A stretch of DNA of 64,000 nucleotides from a virus, in IMG/VR virus record IMGVR_UViG_3300021168_000018. One strand, 5' to 3'. This document shows, in pieces, positions 18,694-28,507 of the stretch; the stretch's first letter is position 1; the number at the start of each line of letters is the position of its first letter. The notes under the pieces were generated by a model that made no database searches, was not told the origin of the DNA, and saw only the letters and a list, made by a program, of their open reading frames with translations. Position numbers and translations under genes: made by a program.

Positions 18694-19530
18694 TTAGCTC
18701 TCATGTGTCTCTGCTCCTGAATTGCTTGGTGCTGGCTCCTGGCTGGCGAGGGCACGCAGCACCAGTGCGATTTGTTGGGGGTGGAAAATACCGTATACCT
18801 TGCTCTCGAAATGGCGAGCGGCTCCTTGTAGCCCTTCCGAACGACCTCTTTCAACAGCTGCATTGACCGCTTCATAAGGGCTGCAAATTGGGCAGTTTGT
18901 TACTTGCTCTGCGTCGTCGTGTTTGTGCTCGCTCGGCTGGCGGGCTGCGGCCAGCAATGTATTCAACAGTTTAGTTAGATTGACTTCATCAATATCATCC
19001 CCATCGCAATGCGTGCATTCCTGATGAATCCATGTCGCCTGTATGGCTTCTTGAACTTGCATTACTGTCAGTGAATGTTGAATGGGGCCATCAACGCTCT
19101 GCTCTCGGCAAGCCTCAAAGGCAGGGAGGCTACCCTTCGCGTCGGCTTTCGGTACTGCAATACCGGATAGCCCCAACTCTACCATCCCCGCCTCCTGAAC
19201 GGCGGGTGCGGTTCTTCTCGTGGCGACAATTAGGGTTTCAACATACTCCGCGACCGTCTCGCCATTGTTTGGATAACTCGCTAATCGGACAATCTCTGCA
19301 TGTTGAAAATCTGATAGCGTCTCGGCTGGCGCGGCTTCATCCATCTTCCAAGGTTTTGGCTTAAGCCTTCCGCCATCTACGAGTCTTGCATGCCCCAAGA
19401 CGGCTGGCGCTGCGCTCTGAGTGGGCTGGGTGGCGAGAGCCTTCAACTCATTGAGTAGCCACTCATAACTTGATGTGCAAGCCAGTTTTCCCTCAGCCTG
19501 ATTAATCAACTTTTGCAACGTATCACTCAT
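18694..19530 (-). CDS. Hypothetical protein
   Basis: ATG after GGAGAAACG; 278 aa. Confidence 0.5.
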   Translation of the reverse strand: MSDTLQKLINQAEGKLACTSSYEWLLNELKALATQPTQSAAPAVLGHARLVDGGRLKPKPWKMDEAAPAETLSDFQHAEIVRLASYPNNGETVAEYVETLIVATRRTAPAVQEAGMVELGLSGIAVPKADAKGSLPAFEACREQSVDGPIQHSLTVMQVQEAIQATWIHQECTHCDGDDIDEVNLTKLLNTLLAAARQPSEHKHDDAEQVTNCPICSPYEAVNAAVERGRSEGLQGAARHFESKVYGIFHPQQIALVLRALASQEPAPSNSGAETHES

Positions 19531-19976
19531 CGTTTCTCCTTGCGCTTGGCTCGCAGGCGCTCGACGTTGACGTAGCAGCCAAAGAATCCGTGATGCCGGC
19601 CTTCAAGTACACGCAGCGGCCTTGCCAACTGTGGATGTGTCGCCAACCGCACCTTCCGCTCTTTGGTCTTCACCACCCACCTACTTTCAGCGCGTCCTTG
19701 CGAATCTTCAACATAAGCTCGGCGAAAGTTTCATCGCTCATCGCTTTACAGGTCATATAATCCCACGCTTCGGCCTTCAACATTGGACGCTTCCAGAGAC
19801 GCTTGAGCCATTTACGAGCTTTGGTCTTCATGTCTGGCGCTCCGGCTTCTTCTCTTCTTCAAGTTGCTTCCCGCAAAGGACGCAATACGTTGGGTATACG
19901 CTTACTTCAAACTCCTCTTTGCAATGAGGGCAATTTACTTCGTATCTGCCGTAATCGGCTCGTTCGACGCCCATGC

Positions 19977-20441
19977 TCATTTCTCCTCCATCGCTTTGCG
20001 AATCGCGGCTGCCTTACAATGCTCGGTGCAGGGTGGCAAACCGTGCATCCACTCCCCTGCGACTAATTGCGACGATTGCGGCCCGAAGCGCATACAGGCA
20101 CCGCATATTTGAACACATGCTTCCTCCATCCCGGCACGACGGGCGGCGGCTAGAGAAACTGAGGGATTCAGCTTGCTGGTCCACAGCAAGTCAAATTGTT
20201 CGCGTGTGAGATGGCATGTAATCTTATCGCCCTCAGCCGTCAGCAAGGAGTCGAGGCTGGAGATGAGCATCTGCTCAACTAGCAAATATGCATCGTCCGG
20301 GTCAAAGCCAAGATGCTTCCCTTCAAGGTCAACAAGGACGCACTTCTCATTACATTCGTTGATGATACGTTTCGCCAGCTCCGCTAGCCGCTCAGTGAGA
20401 GGAGTCGGGGTCATGACAATTTCCTCACTTCCTCCAGCCAC
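19977..20441 (-). CDS. Hypothetical protein (probable start 20414)
   Basis: Coupled to neighbouring genes. Confidence 0.45.
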   Translation of the reverse strand: MAGGSEEIVMTPTPLTERLAELAKRIINECNEKCVLVDLEGKHLGFDPDDAYLLVEQMLISSLDSLLTAEGDKITCHLTREQFDLLWTSKLNPSVSLAAARRAGMEEACVQICGACMRFGPQSSQLVAGEWMHGLPPCTEHCKAAAIRKAMEEK

Positions 20442-20866
20442 GACTTCACTTCATCAGGGTTCAACTGCGCCTGCCTGCATATCTCCTTGACGCAATAGAC
20501 CGCCAAGTCCGCCAGATTTGTCACTCTGCTCTCGCCGACGTTGTTGCCGTGGAATCTGGCGTCCAGGATATCGTACTTGCGCTGGATATTGGCGAATATG
20601 CTTTCGTCGCCGCGCTTCATCCAGCTCGCCTCGTAGGATTTTCCTTTGACTGCTTCTAGTTTGGCTAGGACGCCGCAGACGAATGCGAAGCCGTAGTTTG
20701 TCTCTGGAGCAAGAGGCGCATCTCCTATCTCAAGGATATCGGCAGCACGTATCCCGTGCGCGATTCCTCTCTCAACATCTGACAGGAAATCTTTCCCGCT
20801 CACAACCCTTTCTAGCGCTCTGTTTCGCGCCTCAAAGTATAGTTCTGTTTCACGCTGCGTCGGCAT
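20411..20866 (-). CDS. Nucleotide-modification-associated domain protein (DUF1599/Nmad1-like)
   Basis: KGKSYEASWMKRG...IFANIQRKYD...LADLAVY; directly downstream of the TS-like gene. Confidence 0.55.
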   Translation of the reverse strand: MPTQRETELYFEARNRALERVVSGKDFLSDVERGIAHGIRAADILEIGDAPLAPETNYGFAFVCGVLAKLEAVKGKSYEASWMKRGDESIFANIQRKYDILDARFHGNNVGESRVTNLADLAVYCVKEICRQAQLNPDEVKSWLEEVRKLS

Positions 20867-20875
20867 CGTTCCTCC

Positions 20876-21937
20876 TCAGGTATACTTCACTGCCAGTGCT
20901 GCTTTCCTTGCCAGTTCGTTCTTGCTATCCCTATAGAAATCCACAGCCAGCCAATCAAACGGTTTGACCAGCCATGTTTCCATAGCTGATGCTGTCTCTT
21001 CCACTGTCGCGTCCGCTGTTATTTTCGGAGTTTTCAATTGACAGAACAGCCTGAGCGCTTCCACAATCGCTTGCAGATATTTGTTAGAACACGCCCCGAC
21101 CATAGGAGGCTCTTGCGTGAGTCCTGGTCTAAAAGTGTTCACGTAGTTTATGAACTCGTTTAGCTCTTTATCGTTGAATATTTGGAAATATTCAGCTTTC
21201 TCTGCTTCGATTGGGTGCTCCTCGTCGTAAGCCTGCTCGACCAGATTCGCCAGCGTAGACTTGTACTGGTCTATGTAGACGTGTAGGTTCTGTATGAAAT
21301 AGGTCAATGTGCCCATTTTCGCGCCGAGCAGACCAGCGACGTAGGCGTGGATATGCGTGAACTGGACGGCATTGATAGGCGTGCCCCAGACCAGATCGTT
21401 GCTGCGGATGACGACTGACTGGTTCAAGACGCCATCACGAAGCTCGTACGCGACCCAATTATTACAAGGGTAGTCTTTGGAAGTCACAAAATTATCCATA
21501 TCTGGATTCCAGAGCATCATGACAGCTTGGCGTGAAAACGGGTCTGCTTTGAGCTTTCGCACTACCCAATCTATCTGGTCCGTAGTCACTTTATCTTGTG
21601 GAACAGGCCATTTTCTCAAACGCAACCCGTATGCGCCATGGAAGTTTTCATCGCCGTCAGCAAAGTCTCGCATCTTGCTGCTGAAGTAGCTAATCCACTC
21701 CACGTTCCCGTTGCCAGACAGTATCCATGGGATTTCGGCCAGCGCCAGGAACGGATTCCACTTGCGACCGGGAATGCACATCCAGCAATATCCCGGCTCT
21801 GCATATTCCAAGACTACTCTGTCTGGAAACTCCATGCAGTCGTGGCCGCGCACTGTCACACGACGGCCATGTTTCATCAAATCTCGGATGATTTCGTAGT
21901 AGACATCGCCGATACCGCGCCCTCTGTAGACTCTCAT
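20876..21937 (-). CDS. Thymidylate-synthase-superfamily enzyme, probably dUMP hydroxymethyltransferase
   Basis: SRQAV, DYPC, IRSNDLVWGTPIN (Asn at the dUMP-specificity position), NLHVY; neighbourhood is base-modification genes. Confidence 0.8.
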   Translation of the reverse strand: MRVYRGRGIGDVYYEIIRDLMKHGRRVTVRGHDCMEFPDRVVLEYAEPGYCWMCIPGRKWNPFLALAEIPWILSGNGNVEWISYFSSKMRDFADGDENFHGAYGLRLRKWPVPQDKVTTDQIDWVVRKLKADPFSRQAVMMLWNPDMDNFVTSKDYPCNNWVAYELRDGVLNQSVVIRSNDLVWGTPINAVQFTHIHAYVAGLLGAKMGTLTYFIQNLHVYIDQYKSTLANLVEQAYDEEHPIEAEKAEYFQIFNDKELNEFINYVNTFRPGLTQEPPMVGACSNKYLQAIVEALRLFCQLKTPKITADATVEETASAMETWLVKPFDWLAVDFYRDSKNELARKAALAVKYT

Positions 21938-22269
21938 CCGCCCACCAATTCTTGCATTGTAGGATTTTCCCTATAGCTGTATCGTGACTCAACAATCATT
22001 CTCAGCTGTACCCTAGGAATCTCGTTTCTGTGACAAGCTACATAATGGACTGCCAGAGAATTCGTACCTAATCTCCTTCCGCACACTTTAACGACTAGGT
22101 CAGCGCTTCCAGACTTAGCCCCACAGATACAAGTATGACTTCCTTTGTAATGCGCCACTTCTTTCGCCTTTCTCAAAATAGCAGTCACTTTCATGGTGAT
22201 GTCATCTATTATCACCGTCCTGCCTTTCTTCTTTGGCTCTATCATCAAGAAACCGTTCTCATTTATCAT
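21934..22269 (-). CDS. Hypothetical Cys/His protein
   Basis: YKGSHTCICG...NSLAVHYVACH; coupled on both sides. Confidence 0.5.
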   Translation of the reverse strand: MINENGFLMIEPKKKGRTVIIDDITMKVTAILRKAKEVAHYKGSHTCICGAKSGSADLVVKVCGRRLGTNSLAVHYVACHRNEIPRVQLRMIVESRYSYRENPTMQELVGG

Positions 22270-23246
22270 TCTAGCTCCCTTGGAAATCGTATTTGTCCTT
22301 GCGGATTTTCGCCAGTAATTGGCTTGAATTTCATTCTGTGTTTTCCAACTCCGTTTTGGACATTCACATACTTCCTAAACTCACAACAGGAATGCTCCAC
22401 GCTTCTAAGTGTCAGTGGCTTCCCGGGGTACAGGTATGGGAAGTCCAGTCCCAATCGCTTGAAATGCTTCTCTTGCTCGTTGGCAAGTTGTCGCATCTTT
22501 TCCAGATACTCTCCACGTTCGCCAGCCAGCGGGAATATCAACTTAATGCCGCCCTTCGCGCCTGGACCGCAGTTTGCCCAATCGTCTTCCGAAAATGGGA
22601 CCGCTTTCACTAAAATCAAATCGCAACAAATTTCATAGCTAATGAAGCTGCCGACGCACGGAATCTGCTTGAGGATTATGAACAATTGTTCTAGACTGTG
22701 GCATGATTTAATTTGATTCAAGAGTCTAGGAATAATCAACCATAACTCATCGAGGACTTCAAAGTATTTGTCTATCTTGCTCTGCCCTTTTTCATGGACA
22801 GGCAGCGTCAAGTGCGCATTCGTAAATACGCATTCTGTCTTGTGTAGTTCCTTCAGCTCTTTCTTCCACTCACGTTTGTCGTCATGCCATTCCTCATGGG
22901 AAACGAAATGTGTTTTGTCAAACGTCTCAACTCTATTCAGCAAACGATATTGTGTTGTAAGCCAGAGCAGCTCTTTAGACATAGAGCCGGACAGCGCAAG
23001 TCCAGTGCCAGCGTTCATGCATTCCAAGTAAAACTGTGTTCCACGGTCCAGCTCGCGGTACACGTTCGTGAATTTCAGGTCGCGCAATATCGGGTCCTTG
23101 GTCCACGGCGGCGGCTGCTTGAGCCTGAAACGCTTGTGCCAGATCATGTGACGCTCGAACATGAATCTGTAGAACGCGTCAAGATTCGGCCTGTACACTT
23201 CCACTCGCGGCAGGTTCTCCCACGGCTTCTTCTTGGATTTTGTCAC
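22266..23246 (-). CDS. aGPT-Pplase1 / 5-hmdU DNA kinase-like protein
   Basis: FMFERHMIWHKR...PPPWTKDPILRDLKFTNVYRELDRGT N-terminus plus an HhH-like IPCVGSFISYEICCDL. Confidence 0.75.
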   Translation of the reverse strand: MTKSKKKPWENLPRVEVYRPNLDAFYRFMFERHMIWHKRFRLKQPPPWTKDPILRDLKFTNVYRELDRGTQFYLECMNAGTGLALSGSMSKELLWLTTQYRLLNRVETFDKTHFVSHEEWHDDKREWKKELKELHKTECVFTNAHLTLPVHEKGQSKIDKYFEVLDELWLIIPRLLNQIKSCHSLEQLFIILKQIPCVGSFISYEICCDLILVKAVPFSEDDWANCGPGAKGGIKLIFPLAGERGEYLEKMRQLANEQEKHFKRLGLDFPYLYPGKPLTLRSVEHSCCEFRKYVNVQNGVGKHRMKFKPITGENPQGQIRFPRELE

Positions 23247-23589
23247 TTCGTCTCCTTTGCGGTCTCGGGAACATGGTTTTCAGCATCTTGGACACGGATT
23301 TCAGGTCATCCACTAGGTCATCGATTTCCAGCGCGTAGTCCCCATTATCGGCACGACGTATCATGCTTTCCACCTTGCTTATAATGGACTCTGGAGTGAT
23401 TCTGGTTCCCTTCTTTTTATCGCGACAGGATTTGCAGTGAGTAGGCATACTGAATTCCTTGCCCTCTGCCGTCTTGCGCTCTATTATGTCTTCAAAGAAC
23501 TGTTTCTCTCCGACTGTCATGCTCCATGGCTGATGGCAGCCGGGACACTCGTTGGGCATTTGAATCAATTCGTCTACTTGCGTCATCAC
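23179..23589 (-). CDS. Zinc-ribbon (zf-trcl-like) protein
   Basis: CPGC...TVGEKQFF...PTHCKSCR. Confidence 0.55.
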   Translation of the reverse strand: MMTQVDELIQMPNECPGCHQPWSMTVGEKQFFEDIIERKTAEGKEFSMPTHCKSCRDKKKGTRITPESIISKVESMIRRADNGDYALEIDDLVDDLKSVSKMLKTMFPRPQRRRSDKIQEEAVGEPAASGSVQAES

Positions 23590-24440
23590 TTCTCCTTTGC
23601 TAGTCTAGGAAATCTAGGGAAAACTTGCGGCAGCTTATCTCTCATTTCAGGCTTCCAGTATATCTGAAGTTCGTAGTCGCTGCTCGTGGGACCGTGCTTG
23701 ATTCTGGAACTGAGGACGCCCTTCCACCGCTCCAGCAGATAGTCGTAGGCTTTCTTCTCAGCGCCGTATTTTTCACGGTTGAGATTTGCTCCACCTGGAT
23801 TGGTCCTATGCCTGAAGTCTGAGAGGACGTAATTACAGCGCAACACTTTGCCGAATGTTCTCAAATGACGCAGCGTATACTCATAGTCTTCCTTGACCAG
23901 CGTCTTCTCGTCAAAGTAGATACCGCACGGCTTGACCACGCTGAAATCCCCGAGCACTAGACAGTTTGTGGAAATGAGCGGTCTATTTTTCGGCGGTATA
24001 GTGTTCCCTGTTCGCAGACCTATGCTCATCAGTGGATTCGAGTTGGAACTTGTACCACCTAGATACACGTCTCCAACGGAGTCCATGTTCGCCTTGACTA
24101 TCATAGCCGCTGCAAGTGCGGTGAGTGGCTGCATCCTGTCCGTGGCTAGACTGAAACGCCGCAAGTCGTCTGAAATCTGCACGCAAGGAACACCTTGTCT
24201 CCATGCGTCATCCAGAGCCATGTTCCTGCTATGCGACAAATCACCGCCACATTTCACGTTCTTAGCTCCAGCTTTGTAATAGGTCTCGACTTCGCCATGA
24301 CCCACATACCACGTCGCTGAGGTGCCAAGATATTTCTTCACTTCTGACACGCTATCAGGACGCCCATGACTGATAACTGCGAAGTAGATTTTTAGGTCTG
24401 GGTGCTTCACAGTGTACCTGCTATCTTCACGAGTTCCCAC
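23586..24440 (-). CDS. GT-A glycosyltransferase, TAGT/GREB1/base-J-GT-like (paralogue 3)
   Basis: ISHGRP, SRN, SDD, KEDYEYTL, NPGG. Confidence 0.7.
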   Translation of the reverse strand: MGTREDSRYTVKHPDLKIYFAVISHGRPDSVSEVKKYLGTSATWYVGHGEVETYYKAGAKNVKCGGDLSHSRNMALDDAWRQGVPCVQISDDLRRFSLATDRMQPLTALAAAMIVKANMDSVGDVYLGGTSSNSNPLMSIGLRTGNTIPPKNRPLISTNCLVLGDFSVVKPCGIYFDEKTLVKEDYEYTLRHLRTFGKVLRCNYVLSDFRHRTNPGGANLNREKYGAEKKAYDYLLERWKGVLSSRIKHGPTSSDYELQIYWKPEMRDKLPQVFPRFPRLAKEK

Positions 24441-25402
24441 GGACGCTTGGCCGGCTCTGTGTATGGGTCACCGCTTGCTGCCTGTTTGACATTTTGTTTG
24501 TCTGTTTCATTCGGCTCTCTGAGATGGACTTTCCCAAACTTGTCTGGCAATAGACCCACGCGGTAGGACTTTGCATCGCACACATTACATGGATGCACTG
24601 ATGCCCTGTCTTTCTGCATCAGGAACCGGCGTGCAGAGTTCAGCTTCTCACTATGCCATATTTCAAGGAGCCCGTCCTTCTCGATGTTGCCGACCTTGAA
24701 TATCCCGGCCCAATCGTTACAACAGATTGCCACGTTCCCATCCCACCGCACCGATAGTTCTCGAAACGGTTTGGCACAGAGCGCTTCTAGTGGCTCTCGC
24801 AGAGGCTTGCCTCCACGACCACAGTGATTGTTGAGTATTGAGTGCGTTCCCTTGTCAGACCTGCTGATGTCCTTGATGCGGATGAATAGCTTGGCTTTGT
24901 GTCCGTAGCGATTGTGCGGCGAGAACTCCCTCTCCTTGGGATACCTATGGACTTGGAAGCCTAGCTTTTTCGCACCCTCCAATTGCTCGTCCACCTTGTC
25001 CTTGATTTTAACGTAGTCGTAAGCGTCGAATGCAAATACGTTTAGACCTCCCCACAGGAACAAGTTTTTCAGATTGTCTATGACGCCAGGAGTTTTCAGC
25101 AATCCGCCGCCATTGCTGGTCATCATCAGTTGGCTCTTGGGCAAAAACTTTCGAAATATGCGTACCATGTTTGCACAGTCGTCATGCATCGTCGGCTCTC
25201 CGTGCATAGCGAATTCAATACGGGAGTTCCAGCCAGCTTTGTGTATTTGACTAGCCAAATCCATAACAGTGTCTTTTGACATCATGTTATACGTCTTGTC
25301 TGTTTTCTCGCGGATACCTTGAAGTCCGCAGAAATTACAGTACAGATTGCAGCCCTCCACGAGTTCTATTTGGATTGCGAACGGGGGTTCTTGCTTATAC
25401 AT
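24407..25402 (-). CDS. Radical SAM protein with SPASM/twitch domain
   Basis: GCNLYCNFC, HGEP, C-terminal CAKPF...ICCNDW...CNVC. Confidence 0.9.
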   Translation of the reverse strand: MYKQEPPFAIQIELVEGCNLYCNFCGLQGIREKTDKTYNMMSKDTVMDLASQIHKAGWNSRIEFAMHGEPTMHDDCANMVRIFRKFLPKSQLMMTSNGGGLLKTPGVIDNLKNLFLWGGLNVFAFDAYDYVKIKDKVDEQLEGAKKLGFQVHRYPKEREFSPHNRYGHKAKLFIRIKDISRSDKGTHSILNNHCGRGGKPLREPLEALCAKPFRELSVRWDGNVAICCNDWAGIFKVGNIEKDGLLEIWHSEKLNSARRFLMQKDRASVHPCNVCDAKSYRVGLLPDKFGKVHLREPNETDKQNVKQAASGDPYTEPAKRPWELVKIAGTL

Positions 25403-26111
25403 AGATGCATCCTCCGATTCCCGCCGCTTTCTTCCAGTTGATTCTGGCTATGTATTTCCCTTTCATCTTCACGATATCTGGAAACAGCCTCCCCAAGTGG
25501 ACCGCTTCCTGCCTCTCGATTTTGTGATTTCTCCATAGACTGCATCCGCCTGGAGCGTGTGACACGTCGTCATTGGCCCATTCTGTCAGCACGCAATTAT
25601 CACAGCCTGCCAGCAAGAGCTGTAGATTCATGTCGTGGTCTTCACCGACTTCGCACCTGAATCTAGGCGTAGGCTCTGGAAACAGTTTTTTATTATAGGC
25701 TAGAATATGGTAGTAGCGAGCGTTATAGATGCGGTCCCGCGGTCTAGTTTGGGACATATACTTCTCCGTGATTCCGGCGTGCGCGAAGATGTCTAACGTG
25801 GCGTCTAGCTCTTCGAACATTTTCCTGATGCTTTTAGGAGTGGCTTTTTTGAAAGAGCCGTCTGACTTGCGGCTGTAGAATCGCAGATCGTCATCCAGCA
25901 TAACAAATTTCCCTTCGGCCCATTCCAAGATAAACTGGCGGATAGCTCTTATGCCACGTTCTGCACGCGCTTCTAATATATTAGCGTTAGGAGTGCTCGC
26001 TGGATGGTTATCTCCTTTGGTCAGGACCAGTGTATAGTCTAGTCCTGATTCGTCAAGCAACTCGGCAGTTTTCTGCTGTGACCTACCCGCCGTGGGAATG
26101 TAGATATCCAT
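25395..26111 (-). CDS. GT-A glycosyltransferase, TAGT-like (paralogue 2)
   Basis: IYIPTAGR, IRQFIL, MLDDDL, GEDHDMNLQLL, APGGCS. Confidence 0.75.
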   Translation of the reverse strand: MDIYIPTAGRSQQKTAELLDESGLDYTLVLTKGDNHPASTPNANILEARAERGIRAIRQFILEWAEGKFVMLDDDLRFYSRKSDGSFKKATPKSIRKMFEELDATLDIFAHAGITEKYMSQTRPRDRIYNARYYHILAYNKKLFPEPTPRFRCEVGEDHDMNLQLLLAGCDNCVLTEWANDDVSHAPGGCSLWRNHKIERQEAVHLGRLFPDIVKMKGKYIARINWKKAAGIGGCIYV

Positions 26112-26922
26112 GCTCTTGCCTCCAGCGATTCACACTATTCTCCGAATGCTTCAAGAACCGGACCGTTTTCAGTTTGCTCTCTACGATTCCCACTAGACCC
26201 GGGAACGCTTTCACGATTCTATATAGGTAATCCTCTAGACCATGTGCTTCCCGATATTTTCGGCTGCCTAGACCGCCCTCTTCGCACATCTTGGCTTTGT
26301 AATATAGGAAATTGTCCACCAAGACCTTGCCATGGACTGCGACACATTGAGCTGACAGCCAGCTATCCATTCCATACTTGTTTTCGAAATGGAAATAGCC
26401 AGTGTTTTTCATCGCGAACACTTTGGTCCGTATGAACTTGAAATTGGAATAGCGACGTGGCCTAAAATACGGATTTTCCATGCTTGCTACGCCGACGAGT
26501 GGAGCGTTTTGCTCTTCTGCCAGCTTGATGTCTTTCTTGAACTCTCGCAGCCAGTTAGAAAACATGGCTTTCCTATTGTAGAGCTGTCGCCAGCTTAAGA
26601 AATCGTGTGGGGGGTTTTTAGTCGTATCATTTTTCCAATTGTCTCTCCAAGGATGCATGACCATTGTGAAGTGTTGGATGTTGTCGTCCATGCCGATATA
26701 CCAGTCGTTTTTCTGCACTAGATGCTCTAGAATCCAATTGCGCTTTGCGACCAGAGTTTTCGTGTGACTGCAATGATATGTATGGTACGGGAACGCACGA
26801 ATCAGGCGCTTCTTAGCTTCCTCATCATGGACCACGACTCTGGCTTCTACACCTTCCGTTTGCAGGAGCCTGAGCGTGTGGCAGCGTTCCACGACGCCTT
26901 TAGATACGACTATGATTTTCAT
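26083..26922 (-). CDS. GT-A glycosyltransferase, TAGT-like (paralogue 1)
   Basis: VVSKG, KRNWIL, GMDDNI, EGGLG. Confidence 0.6.
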   Translation of the reverse strand: MKIIVVSKGVVERCHTLRLLQTEGVEARVVVHDEEAKKRLIRAFPYHTYHCSHTKTLVAKRNWILEHLVQKNDWYIGMDDNIQHFTMVMHPWRDNWKNDTTKNPPHDFLSWRQLYNRKAMFSNWLREFKKDIKLAEEQNAPLVGVASMENPYFRPRRYSNFKFIRTKVFAMKNTGYFHFENKYGMDSWLSAQCVAVHGKVLVDNFLYYKAKMCEEGGLGSRKYREAHGLEDYLYRIVKAFPGLVGIVESKLKTVRFLKHSENSVNRWRQEHGYLHSHGG

Positions 26923-27215
26923 CTGTGTTTACGCCTCAAACTATCTCTCTTCTTAAGCTTGACTATGTAATTTTCAACAGCTTCATCGCTTTCGATACTC
27001 ATGTTAGCATCTCTAATGAAAGCGGCCTTCTTAGATAGAGCTTCTACTTTTTCCTTATGTTCATAGCAAGAGCCCTTATCTTCAAAGACGAAAACTACCG
27101 GCTTCTTCTTACAAATCATACACCCATTATGGATTGCCACAGCACGCTTAACTCTCCAACGAAGATTGATACGGACAGCTTCAACGTTTCCTACTCCTTT
27201 TATAATGTGTGTCAC
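26919..27215 (-). CDS. Hypothetical protein
   Basis: Coupled ORF with CxxC. Confidence 0.4.
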   Translation of the reverse strand: MTHIIKGVGNVEAVRINLRWRVKRAVAIHNGCMICKKKPVVFVFEDKGSCYEHKEKVEALSKKAAFIRDANMSIESDEAVENYIVKLKKRDSLRRKHR

Positions 27216-27277
27216 TGTTATCTCCTTAGAAAGCAGGGAGGAGTCTCGAGAGCTCCTCCCCCTGAAAGCAGTTATTG

Positions 27278-28507
27278 TCAGTCCTCAGACTCTTGAGATT
27301 TGAGGAAGTTTTTGAACGCGATACGCAGAGACTTGCCAAGCTTCGCCACTTTCCCCACGTAATCATATTTCCCGCCGCCTCTTTTCTTCCAATTCGCAGC
27401 ACGAAGGCCGAGTTCCTCCGGCTTCGCCCTGAGCCTGAACACGAATTCATCCTCAGACTTCGGCTTTTGGATATAGACAGCTTTCTTATCTCCAATGTAG
27501 ACAAAGGGCAACTTCAGCTTGCCGTCGTAGCTCTTGTACTTGGACGCGTTCAGGATGGACTGGACGGCGTCGGATACTTTGCCCTTCGACTTGGATTCCT
27601 TCTCCGGCTTTTCCTTCTTGGATTTCTTGCCCTTCTTCTGCTTCTTCTCGGAGCGCTCTTCCTGTTCTTCCTCGCGATGCTTTTTGTGCTTTTTCACTTT
27701 CTTACCTTTCCCTTCCTTTTCGAGTTTTTCCGCATTGGCTTTCATGACCTGCTTGCAATGCTTGGCCTCTACGCAACGCTGGCATTCTGGCACATCTGGG
27801 TCGTTGTACTTCCCAAAACAGTCCTCAATCCCCGCTGGAATAGGGATAGATGGCGCACGCGGCGCATAGTTCTTGATTTGGACGAGAGAAGAGGACGCTT
27901 TCGCGTCCCCCTCTTCATCGTCGTCATCGTCGTCGTCGGAATCGTCATCATCTGACTCTTCCTCGTCTTCGTCGTCATCCTCTTCGTCCTCATCTTCGTC
28001 ATCGTCAGACTTGGACTTTTTCTTTTTCTTCTTTTTCTTGCCCTTGTCATCGTCGTCATCATCGTCGTCGTCGGACTCTTCTTCCTCGTCATCATCTTCC
28101 TCAGAGTCCTCGTCGTCTGAGTCGTCGTCTTCCTCGTCTTCGTCCGCATCGCCATCGGACTTTTTCTTCTTTTTCTTCTTGGACTTTTTGTCGTCCTCTT
28201 CCTCATCATCGTCATCGTCTGAATCGTCGGAGTCATCTTCATCTTCGTCATCATCGTCCGACTCTTCATCGTCGTCATCTTCTGACTCGTCTTCCTCATC
28301 CTCGTCATCGTCGTCAGAAGATTTCTTGCCCTTCTTGCCCTTTTTCTTTGGCTTCTCGTCTTCCTCTTCGTCGTCTTCCTCTTCTTCGGAATCGTCGTCA
28401 TCGTCTGACGATTCGTCCTCTTCCTCCTCGTCTTCGTCGTCTCTGGACTTTCCCTTCTTGGCCTTGTGCGCTTTCTTCTTGTGACTGCCTTTCGACTTCT
28501 TAGCCAT
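27278..28507 (-). CDS. Charge-block, largely disordered protein (long D/E tracts alternating with poly-K), central C-x9-C-x2-C-x5-C motif, small C-terminal domain
   Basis: Translation shows ~200 residues of D/E/S with KKKK blocks, then CFGKYNDPDVPECQRCVEAKHC. Confidence 0.8.
   Translation of the reverse strand: MAKKSKGSHKKKAHKAKKGKSRDDEDEEEEDESSDDDDDSEEEEDDEEEDEKPKKKGKKGKKSSDDDDEDEEDESEDDDDEESDDDDEDEDDSDDSDDDDDEEEDDKKSKKKKKKKSDGDADEDEEDDDSDDEDSEEDDDEEEESDDDDDDDDDKGKKKKKKKKSKSDDDEDEDEEDDDEDEEESDDDDSDDDDDDDEEGDAKASSSLVQIKNYAPRAPSIPIPAGIEDCFGKYNDPDVPECQRCVEAKHCKQVMKANAEKLEKEGKGKKVKKHKKHREEEQEERSEKKQKKGKKSKKEKPEKESKSKGKVSDAVQSILNASKYKSYDGKLKLPFVYIGDKKAVYIQKPKSEDEFVFRLRAKPEELGLRAANWKKRGGGKYDYVGKVAKLGKSLRIAFKNFLKSQESED

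Noticed and set aside
27769-28484. Long poly-Ser plus-strand ORF (27873-28484) and Thr/Met/Arg-rich alternative-frame ORF (27769-28401)
   Set aside because: Shadows of the GAC/GAT/GAA/AAG codon runs of the acidic protein; the same applies to 13287-13841.
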